This document shows, in pieces, positions 31,466 to 32,000 of a DNA stretch of 32,000 bases. The notes under the pieces were generated by a model, which saw only the letters and a list, made by a program, of their open reading frames with translations, was not told where the DNA came from and ran no database searches. The translations under genes were made by a program, and so were the position numbers. The first letter of the stretch is position 1. The number at the start of each line of letters is the position of its first letter. The stretch covers positions 2,820,001 to 2,852,000 of the forward strand of contig NC_008340.1 in the NCBI RefSeq assembly GCF_000014785.1, read 5' to 3'. Source of the stretch: Alkalilimnicola ehrlichii MLHE-1 (lineage in GTDB: Bacteria; Pseudomonadota; Gammaproteobacteria; Nitrococcales; Halorhodospiraceae).

Positions 31466-32000
31466 ATGCCACAACCGCCCCAATCACCGCCCGCCCCCTC
31501 ACCTCGCCGGTCACAGCCGCGGGGCCGCCGCCCCCGCCCCGCGGACATCCGGGCGGTGCGGGCGGTATCCGGCGGCCTGCCCCCTACCCGGGACCTGCTC
31601 ATCGAACACCTGCACTGCCTGCAGGACCACTACGGCCACCTCAAGGCCGAGCACCTGGTGGCATTGGCCCACGAACTAAACCTCGCCCCGGCCGAGGTTT
31701 ATGAGGTGGCCACCTTCTACCACCACTTTGACGTGGTCCACGACAATGCGGCGCCACCACCGCCAATCACCGTCCGCGTCTGTGACGCCATCGGCTGCGC
31801 GCTCTCCGGCGCCGATGACCTGGTGCAGGCGTTGGAGGCCGGACTCGGGGACGGGGTGCGGGTCCAACGGGTGCCCTGCGTGGGCCGTTGCGACCAGGCC
31901 CCGGTGGCGGTGGTCGGGTGCAACCCGGTGGGGCAGGCATCGCTGGCGACGGTTCAGGCCCGGATCGCGCAACGGGCGCTGCGGCCCGAGCTGCCGGCAG
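31466..32000 (+). CDS. NuoE-like [2Fe-2S] thioredoxin-fold domain protein, probably the N-terminus of a NAD-linked formate dehydrogenase or hydrogenase diaphorase subunit; 3' end beyond window
   Basis: Not in the ORF track because there is no stop before the window end. My own translation from the ATG at 31466 (GGAGGA 9 nt upstream) gives ...LIEHLHCLQDHYGHLKAEHLVALAHELNLAPAEVYEVATFYHHFD...ITVRVCDAIGCALSGADDL...VPCVGRCDQAPV. This shows the NuoE C-x4-C...C-x3-C cluster pattern. Confidence 0.8.
   Translation, partial: MPQPPQSPPAPSPRRSQPRGRRPRPADIRAVRAVSGGLPPTRDLLIEHLHCLQDHYGHLKAEHLVALAHELNLAPAEVYEVATFYHHFDVVHDNAAPPPPITVRVCDAIGCALSGADDLVQALEAGLGDGVRVQRVPCVGRCDQAPVAVVGCNPVGQASLATVQARIAQRALRPELPA

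Noticed and set aside
1-32000. Search for CRISPR arrays, tRNA/rRNA genes, IS elements, integrases and prophage genes.
   Set aside because: No regularly spaced direct repeats, no tRNA-like T-arm consensus in the intergenic regions inspected, and no transposase, integrase or phage-like ORFs were seen. The only mobile-element-like feature is the small nested-repeat element at 27431-27547.

Overview
The window is a very GC-rich, gene-dense chromosomal segment. GC content was judged by eye and not computed. Third-position GC bias generates many long spurious antisense ORFs. The gene content looks like a gammaproteobacterial sulfur oxidiser or haloalkaliphile, but that is inference only.

I support about 33 protein genes, in this order:
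- PIN-PhoH (5' partial), then divergent perM and bepA.
- A class III PHA locus: phaE-phaC converging on phaR-phaB.
- HDOD protein, pabB, a fadD-like ligase and a patatin-like lipase.
- yebC-ruvC-ruvA, with no ruvB following.
- priA and a DnaJ-related protein.
- A FadL-type outer-membrane channel, a DsrE2-like protein and an RHH-TusA fusion ORF.
- A DcaP-like porin.
- A periplasmic DUF3179 protein and a 4-TM protein with a MerT-like vicinal Cys pair.
- A glycine-zipper lipoprotein / PepSY / OmpR-type regulator / PhoQ-like kinase operon.
- Two conserved hypotheticals.
- A PAS-PAS-GGDEF cyclase coupled to a YheT-type hydrolase.
- The start of a NuoE-like [2Fe-2S] protein (3' partial).

I found no rRNA, tRNA, CRISPR array, transposase or integrase.

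The observations most worth follow-up are:
1. An in-frame fusion of a ribbon-helix-helix DNA-binding domain to a TusA sulfur-carrier domain. It lies directly downstream of FadL and DsrE2 genes.
2. A roughly 490-bp lower-GC island between phaC and phaB. It carries a consensus promoter overlapped by a perfect 17-bp palindrome and an intrinsic terminator about 210 nt away. This is a candidate PhaR-controlled sRNA sitting where a phasin gene would be expected. A convergent promoter/terminator pair lies on the other strand.
3. The DUF3179 / MerT-like CC membrane gene pair.

All promoter, operator and sRNA calls are by-eye motif reading and need experimental or computational confirmation.
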